Part shown: piece by piece, positions 38,449-38,830 of the stretch
How the letters are laid out: each line of letters starts with the position of its first letter
Numbering within the stretch: the first letter of the stretch is position 1
Origin: Octopus bimaculoides
Lineage: Eukaryota
Direction of reading: 5' to 3'
Assembly: GCF_001194135.2 (NCBI RefSeq)
Contig: NC_068988.1
Span: 10,344,172 to 10,383,001 of the forward strand
DNA: 38,830 nt
Program-made: the position numbers and the translations under genes
The notes under the pieces: model-generated
Seen by the model: only the letters and a program-made list of their open reading frames with translations
Told to the model about the DNA's origin: nothing
The model's database searches: none

Positions 38449-38798
38449 GAGAATATGTATACAGAAAAATCAATTTATTTACATATCTGTCGACTACATA
38501 ACACCAGCGATCGTTTCAGTATCCATCTTCATTCATTTTACAATTGATAGTTGCATTATGATTTAAAGGTATAGATCTCTTCAGGGCTAAGAGTGTTTAT
38601 CTTAGAATCCATAATGAACACTTGATCTGTTAGGATATAAAGAAATATGTCGATTTTAGACCTGAAGACATCTCGACCTTTAAATCAATAATGCAATTAT
38701 TAATTGTTAAATGAATAAAGGTATATATTGAAACGATCATAGGCCTTATGTAGTCGACAGTTATGAAAATAAGTTGAATTTGGTGTATTCAAACTCTC
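38449..38798. mobile_element. Diverged fold-back / MITE-like palindromic element, arms of about 142 bp, spacer of about 65 bp
   Basis: 38449-38590 aligns to the reverse complement of 38656-38798; the core 38488-38570 vs 38676-38759 is about 83% identical by hand alignment. Confidence 0.7.
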
Positions 38799-38830
38799 CG
38801 TATTGTTTATATATATATATACATATATAT

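Overview
AT-rich eukaryotic draft-assembly sequence with 12 N-gaps (~4.8 kb in total), most of them flanked by (TA)n. The SINE families and the very dense di- and trinucleotide microsatellites closely resemble an Octopus (coleoid cephalopod) genome; this is recognised from memory, not from a search. There are no prokaryotic features, CRISPR arrays or rRNA genes, no true tRNA genes, and no protein-coding gene I can name. Almost all long ORFs in the track are artefacts of N-gaps or microsatellites. Well-supported content: three tRNA-derived SINE families (several copies), a decayed non-LTR reverse-transcriptase fragment, an RTE-type LINE 3' end, a 12-copy minisatellite, a 98-bp near-perfect palindrome and a ~350-bp fold-back element. 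The best lead for an unannotated gene is a pair of diverged, duplicated minus-strand exon-like units at 2.36-2.85 kb (Cys-rich followed by Pro/Thr-rich), with frame-preserving indels only downstream of a shared AG. Other candidate exons occur on both strands and could be chance. I found no evidence strong enough to claim a new biological system.
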